DNA of 63,325 nt, the filler included, from Rhabdomonas costata (taxonomy: Eukaryota), in the NCBI GenBank assembly GCA_019059605.1. It is 46 parts of 46 records of this genome, joined end to end, with 100 filler letters (N's around TTAATTAATTAA, not from the genome) between each part and the next. Parts side by side here need not be neighbours in the genome. Positions count along the whole stretch, not along the records: positions 60,670 to 61,947 come from JAHMHO010020913.1; positions 62,048 to 63,325 come from JAHMHO010020914.1; 44 more parts are not named here. The stretch is one strand, 5' to 3'. The notes beneath the pieces are model-generated. The model did not search any database, had not been told where the DNA came from, and saw only the letters and a list, made by a program, of their open reading frames with translations. Both the position numbers and the translations under genes were made by a program. This document shows positions 60,671-63,325 of this stretch, piece after piece. The first letter of the stretch is position 1. Each line of letters opens with the position of its first letter.

Positions 60671-60724
60671 CGGCCTGCGTTCGACGTCTGGGGAAAAATC
60701 GTCAACCTGGCCGCCCGAATGGAG
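60671..60724 (+). CDS. Class III adenylate cyclase catalytic motif (exon end)
   Basis: RPAFDVWGKIVNLAARME followed by a GTGTGC donor; matches (F/Y)DxWGxxVNxAxRME. Confidence 0.86.
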
Positions 60725-62263
60725 GTGTGCTGTTTGTGCTCGATGGTTCCCAGGTTTTTTTGAACTTAGTCCCAAGCGTTCATGCAAATAAGCGGCAGAA
60801 CATGTTTACAGTCCTCCGCAACATAAACATAAATCAGGGTTGTGTGTTATGTGTTCTGCATTGCGGGGAACTCCACAGGAATTTACTACCCTGGGACAGT
60901 GCAAGGATATCTCTCCTCAACTTCTTCTAACTCCAACCTTTCCTTCCGGATCCTCTCTTTCCCTCTCTTTGTTTGGGTGACTGGGACAGTGTATAAGTTT
61001 GAATATATCATTGCGTATGTTTGTGCGCGAAAGAAAACGCGCTCTCCCTCCCGCTCAACATTGGGGCGTGAAATTTCAGCAAAATTGGGAATTAGCACGC
61101 CGCCATGAGGCTCTTCCTCTCTGCCCAAACCGAAAAGAAAGCTGGGAAGAAGTATACGGTTCCCGCCCGTTCTGCGGCTGGACGGCGGGACCGGAAACAA
61201 CTTATCCCCGCCCACAACCCGAGAGGGGCCACGGGCCACCTTCGACGGTGGACATTCATTGGCCTTGATTGTGATGAACCGGTACTCCTCCTAAGGTACC
61301 TCTCGAGAGCACCCAAACAACAGTGAGTCGAGTTTTGTCACCAAAACTTCCAAACTAAAACTACCAAAGACTACCAGGCAGGCAACAGCCAGGCCGCTGA
61401 GAGCCGGTACCCTGTGGCACATTTGTTGCAGAAGGGGAGGTGAGCAGTCAACTAGCGATTGCAGTCCACTGGGCGGCCGACTCGGTGCTCGCACGCTGCA
61501 CACGAATGCTGTGAGGTTAGCACGTGCGAACATGCAGCCACCAGCAAGCTTTCTTTTGGCATTCGTTGAGTGTCGTGGCGTGGCGTGGCGTGCCCTGAAT
61601 CCGGGCGGGGTGCGGGCTCAGCTGGACGGGTGTTGTTTGCTGGGTTGACTTCGTGGTGAGTTGGGGCTTAGCTGGTGGCACGTGAGCGAGGCTGCGTGGT
61701 GTCGAGTGCTGTAACTGGATGATCTGGCGGCGCAGCGTGGCAAAAATAAATAGTGGCTAAGGGCAGGCTACTCTGCTGCCCCACTGCCTCACAAGTAGCT
61801 GGGCAGGGTCAGGGAGATTCGGATTTAGCGTCAGTTGCCCGGAGGCTTCCGAGGACTACTTTTATGAGAGCAACTACCACTGAAAAAGATACTGTCTGCC
61901 CTGTGTCTTTGTGTGCTGTTGTAGCATTCTTATACAGACACAACACANNNNNNNNNNNNNNNNNNNNNNNNNNNNNNNNNNNNNNNNNNNNTTAATTAAT
62001 TAANNNNNNNNNNNNNNNNNNNNNNNNNNNNNNNNNNNNNNNNNNNNTTGGGGTTGTAGGCAAGTTCTGGTTGGTTTCCTAAAAATTATCCGCTGGTTTC
62101 CACTAGATTTCATATGGCGTAATAAGATCCGCCTAAATTGGTCCTTTTCAGCCTTTTCACCTTATCTCAATTAAACCAGCGGTTTTGTTTGTATTCCCAG
62201 TTTAAGATTCCCAGTCTCGGGCACCCCCTGAGCACACCTCATTGACATCGCACAGGGAAACAC

Positions 62264-62507
62264 CACAGGCTCCATCAGGGCCTGCCGCAGCACCTCCACC
62301 AGAGAGGAGTCCAGGCTGCCCTTTCCAGGGGCCACCCCAAGCCCCTTGAAGCCCCGCGCCCCGAGGTGCCCTGGCTCGGGGCACTGCAGCTTCCCAAGGA
62401 TAGTTCCGGAGATCAGCCCAGGGGGTGGGCCCTGGCCTCCGCCCCGCGGTGGCATCGCCGCCAGCGCGGCGCAGAGGACGTGGTCGTCCACGGCATCCTC
62501 TTGAAGA
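62264..62507 (-). CDS. Putative exon, unknown protein
   Basis: GC-rich AG/GT-bounded open frame LQEDAVDDHVLCAALAAM...SLVEVLRQALMEPV. Confidence 0.35.
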
Positions 62508-63325
62508 CTGAGTATCGTCGAAACAAGCCCTGTGGTTGTGGTTGTGGTAGGGTGAGGATGCAGAAACCTGCCGCACAAGGCTTTGCTTCGCAATTGCCAT
62601 GCCGAGGTTTTCTTCCTGAAGCCGTCCATCTTTTGCTCTTTGTTCGGCCTCGCGTGCGCGCTTGAGTGAGACCAGAGGAAACCATCAAGAAAAAAGAGGG
62701 TGCGGGTGCGTCTCATGGCTGCACTTCAGATTCAAAGTCAGAAGCAACGGGAGGTTGTATGGTGCAGACAATAAATAGCAATCGAATGGAAAGGCTTATC
62801 CGACAACGGATCGAGAACTGGTCGAACCACCCAGGAGAGGAAGGGGTATACACTCGTATAAGAAAGCCCAGAAAACATGAAATCGAGCCAGAAGAGAAGA
62901 GACTGGAGAAATGGAGGAACGGGTTAGATTTTAAATAGCATGAGGTGCATCCCAACGACAACACGGAGCCGTGCTCCGTGGAGGTACATTGCGTGCGCTA
63001 TGCGCTCTCAATGTGAAGGTAAACCGCTGCCGCCTGGCAATGGCCAGTGGGACCCCAACACCAGTGAACAAGCGGACACCCATCCCAGTGATCTTCCAGC
63101 GCTCTATGCGGTGCATTAAATTTACAAGCATCTCGAAAAAAAATGAACCGGGCTATCCTGGATTCGGGGAAAGCCTATAGCAACACCTAAAGGAACCGTT
63201 CCCTGAATCTGTCCTCGGTCCCGATGGTGTTAACAATCCAGTAACGGATGCATCCATCTCGCAACAACCCGGAAAGAGTAGCGCCAACTTTCGGACCACA
63301 CGACCACGCCACCATCACCCCCAAC

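Noticed and set aside
1280-62047. Regularly spaced TTAATTAATTAA as a CRISPR-like or biological repeat
   Set aside because: Embedded in N runs with a fixed 100-nt length; a six-frame-stop scaffolding linker. ORFs ending in X...LIN are artefacts of it.
62750-63325. Possible LINE-like C-terminal zinc-knuckle remnant on the minus strand
   Set aside because: Cys/His spacing incomplete and no other retroelement motif; not supportable.
1-63325. Gene-neighbourhood or operon inference between adjacent fragments
   Set aside because: Contigs appear grouped by length, not genome position, so adjacency across linkers carries no information.

Overview
This window is not contiguous genome. It is 46 unrelated contigs of about 1.28 kb joined by an artificial 100-nt spacer (N44-TTAATTAATTAA-N44). 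G/T-only contig starts, C/A-only contig ends and terminal fold-backs point to a whole-genome-amplified, probably single-cell, library. Most contigs are fragments of an intron-rich eukaryote with GC-rich exons and GT-AG introns, plus at least one GC-AG intron. A trypanosomatid-type PKA regulatory subunit, a trypanosome-like V-ATPase D and a GTNYG-biased donor consensus suggest a non-kinetoplastid euglenozoan, most likely a euglenid. Spliced genes I could rebuild by hand, with varying confidence: ABCA, PKA-R, KRI1, a PWWP protein, UBR1-like, ankyrin, V-ATPase D, DDX46-like, ALDH, PstS-like, two kinases, RRN3-like, histidine kinase, ketopantoate reductase, Rab, RPS11, two class III cyclase fragments, two Cache-like sensors and a STAND-like fragment. 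There are also three decayed retroelements (CRE-like RLE, adenine-MTase-bearing, Ty3/Gypsy gag) and two foreign AT-rich contigs (a bacterial or plasmid Toprim fragment, and a giant-virus-like fragment with a shared terminal palindrome). Best leads: the predicted nucleoside-binding, cAMP-blind PKA-R alongside many cyclases and sensors; a family of Cys-rich modules each on a symmetric phase-1 exon; the RRN3 candidate; and an unresolved frame break in V-ATPase D. All family assignments come from motif recognition by eye; no searches were run.
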